A stretch of DNA of 59,564 bases, counting the filler. It is 7 parts of 7 records of this genome, joined end to end, with 100 filler letters (N's around TTAATTAATTAA, not from the genome) between each part and the next. Parts side by side here need not be neighbours in the genome. Positions count along the whole stretch, not along the records: positions 18,426 to 36,276 come from SRR31147125_33963; positions 36,377 to 42,672 come from SRR31147125_34134; positions 42,773 to 48,516 come from SRR31147125_34171; 4 more parts are not named here. The stretch is one strand, 5' to 3'. Of this stretch, positions 31,739 through 43,625 are shown one piece after another. Made by a program: the position numbers and the translations under genes. How positions within the stretch are numbered: position 1 is the stretch's first letter; each line of letters starts with the position of its first letter. The notes beneath the pieces were generated by a model. The model saw only the letters and a program-made list of their open reading frames with translations. It did no database searches and was not told the origin of the DNA.

Positions 31739-33091
31739 CTAAAACAGACTCCACCGTTTTCTACGACATGCTGGTATATCATAATCTTCTTCAGAAAATC
31801 CATTTTGCCCATTATTTATGGGTTGTATATTTACTGGTTTTTCCTCGGTTGGCTTTTCAGGAATATTTACTTTATGTATTTTAGGGGCAAAATCGTTTTG
31901 GGGAATTGACGTTTTCACATCATTATCATTGCCATTATTCCTAGTTTTTTCTACTCTCATATCATTCGAAGATCCAAAAATATTTGCATTGGTTTCTTTT
32001 GATACTTCTTCTGATATTTGTTCAATCCTATCGATTGCCGGAATCTCGCGAACATTCAGTGAATTAGTCGGTTGGATATCAACCCTAGGTCTGTTCAGGC
32101 CGGGATAGCGACGACGGGCACTGTGAGCCGTTAATCCGGTGGCAATGACAGTAATACAAATTTCATCTTGCAAAGATTTATCCACAACAGCACCAAAAAT
32201 GAGATTCGCATTTTGACCTGCTTCCTCAGATATGATGGATGTGGCCTCATTTACTTCATGCAAGGTCATATTTGGACCACCTGTAATATTAACAAGGACA
32301 CCCATAGCTCCGGAGACAGAGACATCCTCCAATAGTGGACTATGTATGGCTTTTTCAGCAGCCACTTTGGCCCGATCTGGTCCGGACGCACTCGAAGAAC
32401 CCATCAGGGCATCACCCATTTCGCTCATAATCGCCTTGACATCAGCAAAATCCAGGTTCACCAAGCCAGGTACAGAAATCAAATCAGAGATACCTTTTGT
32501 CGCATTAAAGAGAATCTCATCTGCGTATCGAAATGCATCATCCAGGGGTGTATCCTGAGGAACGATCGAAAGCAATCGTTGATTAGGAATAACGATCAAC
32601 GTATCAACGCACTCCTTAAGAGCAGCAATACCCTCATCCGCTCTCTTTGTTCTTTTTGGACCTTCAAAAAAGAATGGTTTTGTAATAATACCAACAGTCA
32701 ATGCACCAATATCCCGAGCGATTTCAGCGACAATGGGAGCCGCCCCGGTCCCGGTTCCGCCACCCATGCCAGCAGTGACAAAGACCATATCAGCATTCTC
32801 CAACTCTTCATAAACCGCATTTCGGTCTTCTTCAACGGCACGACGCCCCTTTTCAGGATCTGCGCCGGCACCAAGACCCTGAGTTGTTTTCGAACCAATC
32901 CGGATTTTCGATGCAGCGCTGCACACATTAAGAGCCTGCTCATCAGTATTTACTGCAACGAATTCAACACCAGTCATACCTTCAGCGATCATGCGATTAA
33001 CCGCATTCCCTCCAGCGCCTCCAACACCAATCACCTTCATATTGGCGGTGATACCATTAGAGTCATCAAAATCAAATGTTAAATTCATCAT
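31739..33091 (-). CDS. ftsZ: Cell division protein FtsZ
   Basis: [25 protein letters not shown]-terminal DIPA. Confidence 0.98.
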   Translation of the reverse strand: MMNLTFDFDDSNGITANMKVIGVGGAGGNAVNRMIAEGMTGVEFVAVNTDEQALNVCSAASKIRIGSKTTQGLGAGADPEKGRRAVEEDRNAVYEELENADMVFVTAGMGGGTGTGAAPIVAEIARDIGALTVGIITKPFFFEGPKRTKRADEGIAALKECVDTLIVIPNQRLLSIVPQDTPLDDAFRYADEILFNATKGISDLISVPGLVNLDFADVKAIMSEMGDALMGSSSASGPDRAKVAAEKAIHSPLLEDVSVSGAMGVLVNITGGPNMTLHEVNEATSIISEEAGQNANLIFGAVVDKSLQDEICITVIATGLTAHSARRRYPGLNRPRVDIQPTNSLNVREIPAIDRIEQISEEVSKETNANIFGSSNDMRVEKTRNNGNDNDVKTSIPQNDFAPKIHKVNIPEKPTEEKPVNIQPINNGQNGFSEEDYDIPACRRKRWSLF

Positions 33092-33150
33092 CTACTCCTT
33101 TATTTAAAATTTATTTTTGTCAAAACAAAATCACCCTGAAAATCATTTTT

Positions 33151-34398
33151 TCATGTCAAAGATGCCACACTCCCAAACCACCGTCGAAAGCGCTTTTTTA
33201 TCGAGTCAAACAATCCCTCTTCATTTCCAGACAGACCGTCACTTAATTCATTTCTGTGTTGTATACCGTATTTAACCAATCCGACACCAGTGGCACATTG
33301 AGGTTTTTTCGCTTCATCAATCATACCACCAAATCCACTCGGAATGCCTAATTTAACAGGCATATTAAATATTTCCTCTGCCAATTCGAGAGTTCCTGGC
33401 AAGAGGGATGCACCACCGGTTATCACAAGGCCGGTGGTCATAAGGTTAATATAATCAGAACTTTTAACTTCTTCATAACAGAGAGTTAATATTTCTGCCA
33501 TCCGGGGTTGCAGGATATCTACGAGTAATCCTTTGGAAATACGTCGTGGTGATCGTCCATTCACACCAGGCACCTCAACAGTTGTTTCCTTATCATCTTC
33601 TATGTGCATGGCACTACCATGGCTTAGTTTTAATTGCTCAGCCGATTCAATAGGTGTTCGAAGTACCACAGCAAGATCATTGGTGGCATTTCTTCCTCCC
33701 AGGGCGACGACAGAAGTATGACGAATGCACCCTTCATAAAACATGGCAATATCACTGGTGCCACCACCGATATCGATGATAATCACACCCAATTCCTTTT
33801 CATCTTCAGATAAAACAGAGTAGCTTGACGCCAGTGGCTCAAGAACAAGATCCGCTATACCATAACCTGCTTTATCAATGCAGCGATGAATATTTTGCGC
33901 GGATGCAATGGCTCCGGTAACAATATGCACCTCAGCTTCCAGGCGAACTCCATTCATTCCAACAGGATCACGGATCCCATGTTGATCATCCACAATAAAT
34001 TCCTGAGGCAAAATATGGATAATTTCACGATCAATTGGCAACGCCACTGCTTTTGCAGCGTCAATCACCCGACGCACATCATCTGAACTGACTTCACCAT
34101 TCTCTCCGGAGATGGCTACCACGCCCCTTCCGTTGATACTTCTTATATGATCTCCAGCAATACCAGCAAAAACAGAAGTAACCTCCACCCCTGCCATTTC
34201 TTCTGCTTTTTCAATGGCTGATTTGATTGACTTTACTGTTTTTTCGACATCAACAACAACACCATATCTGAGTCCTTCCGATGGTGACGTTCCAACCCCA
34301 ATAATATTTAAATCTTCTGATTCTGTTATCTCGGCGACAAAACAACCTATTTTTGTGGTGCCGATATCGAGACCTGCAATTATATCAATAGATTCCAT
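33151..34398 (-). CDS. ftsA: Cell division protein FtsA
   Basis: GLDIGTTK, DIGGGTSD, TGGA. Confidence 0.97.
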   Translation of the reverse strand: MESIDIIAGLDIGTTKIGCFVAEITESEDLNIIGVGTSPSEGLRYGVVVDVEKTVKSIKSAIEKAEEMAGVEVTSVFAGIAGDHIRSINGRGVVAISGENGEVSSDDVRRVIDAAKAVALPIDREIIHILPQEFIVDDQHGIRDPVGMNGVRLEAEVHIVTGAIASAQNIHRCIDKAGYGIADLVLEPLASSYSVLSEDEKELGVIIIDIGGGTSDIAMFYEGCIRHTSVVALGGRNATNDLAVVLRTPIESAEQLKLSHGSAMHIEDDKETTVEVPGVNGRSPRRISKGLLVDILQPRMAEILTLCYEEVKSSDYINLMTTGLVITGGASLLPGTLELAEEIFNMPVKLGIPSGFGGMIDEAKKPQCATGVGLVKYGIQHRNELSDGLSGNEEGLFDSIKKRFRRWFGSVASLT

Positions 34399-34437
34399 AA
34401 TGACCCCACCTTAATAAATGTTGATAACCAACAAACA

Positions 34438-35151
34438 CTAGATATCCTTTTTCACTACAATTTGTCCATTAAATCTCAAATCCAGATATTTAGATTGTTT
34501 AAGGATATCGCTGGCACCGAATTCCTGGACAAATTTGTCAAGATATAAAAGTTTTTGTTCCAAAGCACCTCTACCTAAAACGACGGGAACGGTTGATGCT
34601 GTATTTAAATATACTATAATTCCAATTCTATCTGATAAATGCAATTCAGATATATAGCTGTAAAGTAATCTGGCATTCTGCTTTGTTTTATTTAATATAT
34701 CTATTGCATCATCAAGCGATTCATTAACCAGGTGATTATTTTCCAGTTCTATCATTGCCTCATCACATGTTATAACTGGCAAGTCTGGAATTTTTAACGA
34801 GTCAATCAATGTAACTAGAGTTCCTTCCGAATCCATCAAATAGAGATCTCTATCCGCAAAAATGGCGACAGGATTGCCTTTCCATTCGTGTTTTACTATC
34901 CTTTTTTTGACATCCTTTAATTTATGTGTGATATTTGAGGAATCACCTGGTTTCCATATTTTATTTATGGATTTTTCCAAAACATCGGCTAATTTTTCTT
35001 CCTGATCCGGTTCAAAGTTGATATTTTCTTTTGGAGTTTCGGCTGCAACATCCGGAGAATGGGCTTCCAGAATCGTCAGGCCAATAAAAAGTCCTATGAC
35101 CAGGGCCATACCAAAAAACAACGTTTTTTTTCCGATTTCATTAAGACTCAT
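34438..35151 (-). CDS. ftsQ: FtsQ/DivIB-like protein (divergent)
   Basis: Position before ftsA; single TM; DLPVIT and YLDLRFNGQIVVK. Confidence 0.75.
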   Translation of the reverse strand: MSLNEIGKKTLFFGMALVIGLFIGLTILEAHSPDVAAETPKENINFEPDQEEKLADVLEKSINKIWKPGDSSNITHKLKDVKKRIVKHEWKGNPVAIFADRDLYLMDSEGTLVTLIDSLKIPDLPVITCDEAMIELENNHLVNESLDDAIDILNKTKQNARLLYSYISELHLSDRIGIIVYLNTASTVPVVLGRGALEQKLLYLDKFVQEFGASDILKQSKYLDLRFNGQIVVKKDI

Positions 35152-35252
35152 TTTATCAACTTTTTTCAATTTATTATTTGTTTCCAGGCAATTGAACAAG
35201 CAATTTTAAAAATCCGTCATTTCCTGTTCGCTATGCCCATATCAATTCAATT

Positions 35253-36276
35253 TTAATGTCGTGTACTCTTTGTCTTGTCCTCGATTAATTTAAATAAAGA
35301 AGTAACCAAATCTGCCGTAGCATTAGGAAATCCAGCGGCACTGGCTGCAGCACACATCTTTTCTCGTTTCTCCGTGTTTGTAAGGATATTTTTTATAGTA
35401 TCAGAAAGAATATCCTGTCCAAGTTTTTCTTCCAATATCAATTCAGCTGCACCCATATTGTAGAGCGCTCTGGCATTAAATTCCTGATGCCCTTCCGCTG
35501 CATAAGGATATGGTATTAATATTGATGGCAAACCACTTAACGTTATTTCTGCCAGTGTCAATGCACCGGCACGCGAAATAACAAGATCACTGGCAGAATA
35601 AGCTGAAGCCATATCCGCGATAAATTTAGAAACATATATCCTATCAGAATATTTTTGAACACCATCTTTAACCTCATCATACCCGACCTGACCCGTACTC
35701 CAAATAATCTGACAGTCCGTTGCTTTTATTAAATTATCCAGGCAATCCAGCACTGCACGATTTATTGCCACGGCACCCTGACTTCCACCAAAAACCAGAA
35801 TTGTAGGTCGATCCGTCTTTAATTGGTATAACTGCCTGGCTTTTTCTTTTTGTGGTCCGGAACCAAGATCCCGAACAGGATTACCAACAAGTTCAATATT
35901 ATCCTTCTTTTTCAGGTATTTGGTTGCCTCTTTAAAGCTAATATAGACACGATCCACTCTTTTTGCGAGTAAACGTGTTGTAACGCCAGGATAACTATTT
36001 TGCTCCTGGATAACGGTTGTCCGGCCGAGTAAACCGGCTATAAACAAAACAGGACCACTTACATATCCACCAGTACCAATTACGGCAACAGGCTGTAATT
36101 TCAATATGAGCACGAGTGACTGCAAGAGACTCCAGATAAGAGCGAATGGAACGAGCAAATTTTTTAATGACAATGTTCTTCTTACGCCTCGGACAGTACT
36201 AAAATGTAAATGATAACCAAGATCCGGAATCACTTTCGCTTCAAGACCTCTTTTTGTACCAACAAAATGAATATCA
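35253..36276 (-). CDS. murG: MurG GlcNAc transferase (5' truncated)
   Basis: GTGGYVSGP, QEQNSYPG, GGSQGA, SRAGA. Confidence 0.95.
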
Positions 36277-36376
36277 NNNNNNNNNNNNNNNNNNNNNNNN
36301 NNNNNNNNNNNNNNNNNNNNTTAATTAATTAANNNNNNNNNNNNNNNNNNNNNNNNNNNNNNNNNNNNNNNNNNNN
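36277..36376. other. Artificial contig linker
   Basis: N-run/TTAATTAATTAA/N-run. Confidence 0.98.
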
Positions 36377-36405
36377 GGTCAGCGGTTCGATTCCGCTATT
36401 CTCCA
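36377..36405 (+). tRNA. 3' part of a tRNA, probably tRNA-Ala
   Basis: GGTC-AGCGG-TTCGATT-CCGCT T-arm, then ATTCTCC-A acceptor strand compatible with GGGGAAT and a G3:U70 pair. Confidence 0.72.
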
Positions 36406-36577
36406 CTTGATTATCAAAGTCTTACAGTGAATCTCTGTGGGGCTTTTTTATTTGTACATACAATTGTGCATACAGTCATCATTTTATGCAACATAAATCC
36501 TCTATTGCTAACATATTAATTATTAATTTTTACTGAGATTTTTAAGTGTCTGATATTTAGAATTTTTTTATTAAATT

Positions 36578-37180
36578 ATGAAAACTAGTAAAAGTTATTT
36601 AGGATGCCTAACTCCCATTGTTGTTTTTGTATTGATTGTTTGGGGATTAATTAGATCTGAAGAAAAAGAGGTCGTGAGATCAATTGGGAAATAAGTCCTC
36701 AAGGTATTAGTAGGGACAGTCTAGGTACATATTTGAACAAAGACGTTCCATACTATATTATGGGAAAAATGGGGCTATCCAATTACCTTATCAGGTACTA
36801 ATAACAAATATTGGATTGTTTACCTTGACTCTGCAAACATTTCTTTTATGTCATTAAAAGAAAGTGAAAAAATAATTTTCATAGACTTTGGTAGGAAATC
36901 TGCTATAAATTACATTAATACCATTGAGAAAGAAAGGGAAGAAAGAATTAAAGAACAACTAACACAAGCTAATGTCAATATCAAAATATACATAAAGACT
37001 TATATTATTGATTCAAAAAGTTATAGGCATTTAGAAATGTTTTATTTTGAAGATTCAGATCCTCTGGTAATTCAGACAAAATACATAGCAAATAATGCTT
37101 TTGGAATTCCTGTTCAGGGTCTTTTAAAGGTTCAAGTTGATGAGAAAGGTGAGATAATTAATGTACTTGAATTTAACTGA
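36578..37180 (+). pseudogene. Hypothetical membrane-anchored protein, apparently frameshifted
   Basis: MKTSKSYLGCLTPIVVFVLIVWGL start at 36578; coding-like frames continue through shifts into ORF 36848-37180. Confidence 0.4.
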
Positions 37181-37302
37181 TAACTAAGAGGTTTTATTGC
37201 GAGATGAAATAAAAGTCGGGACTGTATTTTATTTTTTTAAATTCAAATCAGAAAGAAAGAGGTGTTATTCCCACCTCTTTCTCACAATTTCATTAATGAT
37301 TG

Positions 37303-40300
37303 TTATTGTTTTATAAACTTCTTTCGCAAAGTTACTTCGCCACTTTGTATAACGAGGTAATATGCTCCGGGAGCAAATCCAACTACATCAACTTGTTCAA
37401 AATCACTTAATATCTGTTGTTGTTTGAGCAAAGCCCCTTGGCTGTTAAAAATACTTATAGTCGATGCTTCTTTTGATTTGTATTTAATGTTTAATACAGT
37501 TGTTACCGGATTTGGATATACCATCCAAGTTTCATGTTTCTCTAATTCGTCGATATCGGTAAGAGCATTTTTAGTATTGGAAATAACAACAGTATAGTCT
37601 TCTACTTCCCCACGGTCGAATATTTCACATGGAGTACTAAATGCTGTAGCTTTCATAGACACTCTCATTCGGGTAGCTCCAAGCATAGCTTCAGGAGTAA
37701 CGACAATATTCCCTGAAACAGAAGACCGGGCATTTCCTGACGAGAATACTAATTCTTCATCTTCAAAAATTGAGTTCTGATCAAAATCAATCCATACTTT
37801 CCAATATTCTCGCTGGCTGTTTTTGCTAAATCCGGGAGTTAAATCTATGGTTACTGTTTCGCCAATAGTTAAGGATGTACTTTGAGATGTAAAATCGGAA
37901 TATGTTGCAGCACCCGAACTATTATTTATACTCCCAATTGAAACAGATGCTATCCATTCCTTACTACTTGATAAACTTTTTGACTTACAATACTCAAGAA
38001 CTGGTTGATCGTCTGCTACCGTAATTTGGCTTGTGTGTGTATCTTCTCCAATATCATTTGAAACCGTAAGTGTTACATCGAATGTGCCAACTGTATTATA
38101 ACTTACTGTTGGATTGGCGGTATTACTACTTGCCGGATCACCTCCACTAAATGTCCATAGTCTGGTGGATGGATTATTGGTCGATTCATCAAAGAACTGA
38201 ATGCTACTTCCAACCGTAACTGTTGTTTTATCGCTACTGAAATTTGCAACTGGTGGTTGAGGAACTGCTCCGGTAATGATTACCAAATAATCTTCCACTT
38301 CACCATTACCTGTTTCCGGACAAGAAACAGGAGAACCATCACGGCTCATTACGACCCGCAATCTTGTTTCTATATTCCCAACATTGGGGATTGTTAACTC
38401 ACCAGAAACAACAGAACGTTTTTTATTGGCTGAGAAAACTTTTTCATCTTCAGTAAAATCACCATCAATATTGTAGTCAATCCACACAGCCCAATATTCA
38501 AAAGTTGCTTTACTTACAAAATCAGGTGTTAGATTTATGGTGTGGATACTTGAAGCCGTAAGATTGAATGTAAAATCATCAGAGAAGTTCTCATACCCTC
38601 CACCAGTCGAAGAAATATTTGACAGACCATCAATTGAAACTACTGCAATCCATTCTGAGGATGCATTTATTACAGGTTCACAATATTCAATTGGTGGTTG
38701 AGGAAGAACATTGAAAGAAACTTGCGCTGACGTATTATATCCACAACTATCTGCTATATTCCAAACATATGTGATGGAATAGCCATTTATGGAATCAACA
38801 TTATACGGTAGTATTTTTTTCGTATAACTAGCAACTCCACAGTTGTCATCATAAAATAAATCTTCCTGTATAGGTAAAGGATCTCCTTGAAAAATATCGT
38901 TTATTGGCTTTGGTGATGTTAAGAAGTAAGGCTTGGCATAGTCTTCTTTGTACATAGAATGAACACAGTATTCATTGTTCCCACATTTATCTTTTATCTG
39001 GTAAATACGTACAAATTGATAGGAACAATGGTCACCAAGAGGATATGCATCTGTCAGTATAAAAGATAAACTATCCAACTCACAGTTATCAGATACCTCA
39101 CCTCCTGATTGAATAAATTCATTAATATTTGAAAAAGCAGGTGGAAGTTCGGTTTTACATTCAAGGAAAAGATCCGGAGGTGCAATAAGTGTTGGACGAG
39201 TTTTGTCGTGCACCGTAATAGTATGTTCCCAAGCCCCAACATTCCCACAACTATCTTCTACTTCATAAATACGTTTTATAATTGCCGGACATGTTCCTTC
39301 CATACTTTCACTTACAAATATGTTAATCTTATAATTAACCGCACAATTATCTGTTATTTCTCCACCAGCAGCTAAGTATTCATAATAATCAAATGGTGCA
39401 GGAACATCATCGAAACACTCAAATGTCAAATTTGGAATTCCTGTAAAAACAGGAGGTATAGTATCGACTATATTGATGACATGATCAAAAGTTGATGTGT
39501 TACCGCTAAAATCTGACACCTGATAAGTGCGAGTTACCAACTTAGGACAACTACCAACCATAGTTTCATTTACTAATTGAAGATAGGTTGTATCTACACT
39601 ACAGTTGTCAGTTACCGTACCTCCTGCCATTGTTAAATCATACAGTTCAAAAAATACAGGAGGTAAGTCATCAATACAATCAATTTCGCTTGATGGACAG
39701 CTTGTAACAGGTGGAACAGCATCGTAAACAAAAATGGTTTGTTCGCAAGTTGTGCTGTTTCCACATTTGTCTGCTACTTCGTAGGTACGTGTAATTACAT
39801 TTGGATTAACACCTTCAATGGTTTCTTTGATAAAACTAATTGATTGGATTTCACTTATGTCGTACGCCCAACCACCGGCAGCTTCAAATTCAACTACATT
39901 TGAAATAAGTGGGGGCAAGTTCTTCATGCAAGAAATATTAACATTATCAAGGTCACTTTTAATTTCCGGAGGAATAGTATCATAGGCATAGGTTGTGTGT
40001 TCTACAGAAACCCTGTTTCCACATTCATCATACACTCCATAATATTTTGTAATTACGAATGGACAATAACCATGCGTATCGGAACCGGTAATATTAAATG
40101 CAGATTCATCAATATTACAATTATCAGCTACCACACCCCCTGCATCAACAAATTCCTGATAACTATTAAAAATTACTGCTGCATCGTAGTAGCCGTAAAC
40201 CGTTGTATCTATAGGTGCCTGCACCAAAACTGGATCTTCGTAATCAAAGATTCCAATATATTGCTCCATTATCTTATTGAAATCATAGAAAGGATGAAAA

Positions 40301-40896
40301 AAATGAAACGTTCGAATAAGCTGTGTTTTGCAATATAAGTTTTCATCTTGCAAAAAACTGTCATAATATGTGATTTCAACATTATCATAAAAAAACTGGT
40401 CGCATGATTCGTTTATTTTTCCTCCTGCTTGAGCAAATTCTTCTATCGAGATAATGGAAGGTTCAGTACTTAATGGTAATCCGCTGAATGCTAGAATATC
40501 ATCATTACTTCCACAATAATCCGATGCATAAATATCATCTGGGATAATAAACTCAACAGGTTTTGAATAATAGAAAGAACAATAACCTGTATTTCCACAA
40601 CTATCTTCAATTGAAAAGTCTTGGAGATATTCCATTCTTCCTATTTCTTCGATATAAAAACTATCAATAAATATGGTAATAAAACTTTCCTCTATTATCC
40701 TGCATTCTGAATTTATAGTCCCCCCCAAATTAATAAAGTCTTCGTACGTTATTATAGATGGTAGGATCGAATTACTCCCACATAATTCTTCAATCGAAGG
40801 CGGACATATCATTTCAATTGATGTGGTTTCTTTTGCGTGCGTGGACACAAGAATAAAGAAGCAATATGTAATTGCAAGTAAATGTTTGGATTTCAT
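37303..40896 (-). CDS. T9SS-secreted protein: HYR-like Cys repeats, GEVED, PKD, GEVED, T9SS type A CTD
   Basis: Repeated D..PP...DNC..RTY..D.CGN; two GEVEDY motifs; PKD WTFSGG..YNTVGTFDVTLTVSN; VYPNP..KKFIK. Confidence 0.9.
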   Translation of the reverse strand: MKSKHLLAITYCFFILVSTHAKETTSIEMICPPSIEELCGSNSILPSIITYEDFINLGGTINSECRIIEESFITIFIDSFYIEEIGRMEYLQDFSIEDSCGNTGYCSFYYSKPVEFIIPDDIYASDYCGSNDDILAFSGLPLSTEPSIISIEEFAQAGGKINESCDQFFYDNVEITYYDSFLQDENLYCKTQLIRTFHFFHPFYDFNKIMEQYIGIFDYEDPVLVQAPIDTTVYGYYDAAVIFNSYQEFVDAGGVVADNCNIDESAFNITGSDTHGYCPFVITKYYGVYDECGNRVSVEHTTYAYDTIPPEIKSDLDNVNISCMKNLPPLISNVVEFEAAGGWAYDISEIQSISFIKETIEGVNPNVITRTYEVADKCGNSTTCEQTIFVYDAVPPVTSCPSSEIDCIDDLPPVFFELYDLTMAGGTVTDNCSVDTTYLQLVNETMVGSCPKLVTRTYQVSDFSGNTSTFDHVINIVDTIPPVFTGIPNLTFECFDDVPAPFDYYEYLAAGGEITDNCAVNYKINIFVSESMEGTCPAIIKRIYEVEDSCGNVGAWEHTITVHDKTRPTLIAPPDLFLECKTELPPAFSNINEFIQSGGEVSDNCELDSLSFILTDAYPLGDHCSYQFVRIYQIKDKCGNNEYCVHSMYKEDYAKPYFLTSPKPINDIFQGDPLPIQEDLFYDDNCGVASYTKKILPYNVDSINGYSITYVWNIADSCGYNTSAQVSFNVLPQPPIEYCEPVINASSEWIAVVSIDGLSNISSTGGGYENFSDDFTFNLTASSIHTINLTPDFVSKATFEYWAVWIDYNIDGDFTEDEKVFSANKKRSVVSGELTIPNVGNIETRLRVVMSRDGSPVSCPETGNGEVEDYLVIITGAVPQPPVANFSSDKTTVTVGSSIQFFDESTNNPSTRLWTFSGGDPASSNTANPTVSYNTVGTFDVTLTVSNDIGEDTHTSQITVADDQPVLEYCKSKSLSSSKEWIASVSIGSINNSSGAATYSDFTSQSTSLTIGETVTIDLTPGFSKNSQREYWKVWIDFDQNSIFEDEELVFSSGNARSSVSGNIVVTPEAMLGATRMRVSMKATAFSTPCEIFDRGEVEDYTVVISNTKNALTDIDELEKHETWMVYPNPVTTVLNIKYKSKEASTISIFNSQGALLKQQQILSDFEQVDVVGFAPGAYYLVIQSGEVTLRKKFIKQ

Positions 40897-41613
40897 AACA
40901 TCGATTTTTTAGTTTTTTGTTTTAAAGGATAAGAAATATAGCCATAAACGATCAATAATCAAACGATTAGCTGTCCCAGTATGAAAAAATCGGATATGTT
41001 AAATAGCTTAATATTAGAATGAATATCTCAATTGGATGAATTATGACATTCCACTTAACCCGAATTTTCTCAAAAAAATATAGAAAAAAATTTAGTGAAG
41101 GTCACATTTTTTAATTCATCAACTTTTTCAGGTTTTTGGAAAAAATGGTATACGTTTTTAAAACGGGATTGTACCCTCTTAAATCAGGTTAAATATTGCA
41201 ATTAAAGGCTAGGTATAGAGAGTAACCATCCAGAAAGGGGGTATTTGTGAGTAAGAACAGGGGAACTTAATCAAGTTTCTTTAAAAATAAACACAATTAC
41301 AAATAGATAAGAATCCTATTCATCAAAACTTTTTTATTTTATGCATACAAAAGTACAAACAAAGCAATATTTAATTTTCCTTTTCATTTCACGTAATTGA
41401 ATCGTTTTTTGTTCTGAGTCAAAATTCTATTGGTCTTTTTATTCATACTAAATGTTTAAAACACACCTATTTTCATATAAAACTTTGACGATACAGTTGT
41501 ACTAAAAACGTGTAAACTTCTAATCTGTCGATAAAAACCGCCAGTTCTTCTATTTCATTTTATATAATGCGCATTAGCCATTAGATTTGAATCAAATTAA
41601 AAAAACAGAAAAC

Positions 41614-42015
41614 ATGAAAAATACATTTAAACAATTAACAGCAGGAACATTTATAGCACTTTTATTATTAGGAAATGTAAAAGCAGAAGGAACAGAAAAA
41701 ATTGCCTCAAGACATGAAAGCATCGAAACTACACTTCAATTAGAAAACTGGATGACTGACGAAACTATCTGGAATACCAATACTTTAAACATTGCTGAAT
41801 TTGTTCAGGAAACAGAAACCGACCTGGAACTTGAAAACTGGATGACCAGTGAAGCAACCTGGAACCAAAGCTTCAGAATTATTGAAGAAACAGATGGAGT
41901 AATGGAAATTGAAGATTGGATGATTAACCGCGAAACGTGGAGTAATTTTGATATTAATGCAGAACAAGAATTGAGGATTGAAAATTGGATGATAAATAGC
42001 AACTATTGGGAATAG
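41614..42015 (+). CDS. Secreted protein with four (L/I)E(N/D)WM repeats
   Basis: Signal peptide; repeats LENWMTDETIW, LENWMTSEATW, IEDWMINRETW, IENWMINSNYW. Confidence 0.8.
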   Translation: MKNTFKQLTAGTFIALLLLGNVKAEGTEKIASRHESIETTLQLENWMTDETIWNTNTLNIAEFVQETETDLELENWMTSEATWNQSFRIIEETDGVMEIEDWMINRETWSNFDINAEQELRIENWMINSNYWE

Positions 42016-42050
42016 TTCTGATAGTGTATAAGTAAGTTTAGTTAAGTTTT

Positions 42051-42089
42051 AAAAGGCTGTCTGATATTTTTCAAACAGCCTTTTTTATT
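42051..42089. terminator. Bidirectional terminator
   Basis: AAAAGGCTGT ... ACAGCCTTTTTT between convergent genes. Confidence 0.8.
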
Positions 42090-42092
42090 TTT

Positions 42093-42672
42093 TTATCTAA
42101 TTTTTCCTAAATACAAATCCTTTATTTTTGAAAGATATTCTGCGTCTAATTTCCCGGAGCGAATTCGTACTACTTCATATAATTTCCCGTCTTTATAAAA
42201 CGAACCACTTGCCGCATCGTATTCGTGTCCGTCCCAATTGTATTTTACATCCATCGAAACTTTTACAAAAGCTTCGCGGTGTAAATATTTAGGAATTTCA
42301 ATATATCCAAAAGTAGGCTCATGGCTGTCGATATAAATTCCATCACCCAGTTTTTCGAGCGTCATAAATTTTACGATTTTCACCTCAGCCTCAAGTTTTC
42401 CTCTTAATTTTTTATTCATTAAAAAATTAATTCCGTGTTGTAAATAGGCTTCCTGTATTTTTTCAACCATATCAAGTTCGGGAAGATGGCGAACACGAAT
42501 TACATTTAAAAATTCGGAGCCAATACGCATGTATCCTTTTCCTGCATCGAAATTCCATTTGTACTCTTTTTCAATATTTTGTGTGGCTCGCAACACTTCT
42601 TCTAGCGGATATTGTTTATCTAAAACCAGGTATAAATAAATAGGTTTTACATTTGTAGGTGTTTCGTGATAA
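42093..42672 (-). CDS. Hypothetical protein (5' truncated)
   Basis: Open frame runs to the contig edge. Confidence 0.65.
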
Positions 42673-42772
42673 NNNNNNNNNNNNNNNNNNNNNNNNNNNN
42701 NNNNNNNNNNNNNNNNTTAATTAATTAANNNNNNNNNNNNNNNNNNNNNNNNNNNNNNNNNNNNNNNNNNNN
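42673..42772. other. Artificial contig linker
   Basis: N-run/TTAATTAATTAA/N-run. Confidence 0.98.
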
Positions 42773-43180
<408 letters not shown>

Positions 43181-43625
43181 TTACCCTCGCTTTTCTTGTG
43201 TTTTTGTTATGGAATTTAATCTATGATTACTTTTTATCCTACCTTTCTTTAATTTAATTATTGCTGGACAATTTATCAAGAAAATTTACGAGGATTTCAT
43301 AGAAAATTCGAATTTATTTAAGTTTTTTCTACTATTTTCAGTATTTTTTAACCTATTAATAATTATTTTCCTTTATAAGTTAAGATTTCCCGGAATGTCA
43401 AACATGCTTAATCAGGACATAATAAATATAAGAATCTGCATTTCATCTGCTGCAAACTCTTTTAAAAATTGGGTGAAAATTGCGTCATCCGCGTCTGGCT
43501 GGCATGCCAGAAACAGAATATGGGAATAATGGTTCCAGTCTTACAGTTTACTATGTCGAAATGATAATTTAACCCAGGTAATTCTGTAATGTTCGAGTGA
43601 ATTATACAAGTCAAGGAGCTATGAA

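Noticed and set aside
32342-33082. Long antisense ORFs (also 1438-2010, 49651-50214, 51105-51746)
   Set aside because: Shadows of well-supported genes on the opposite strand
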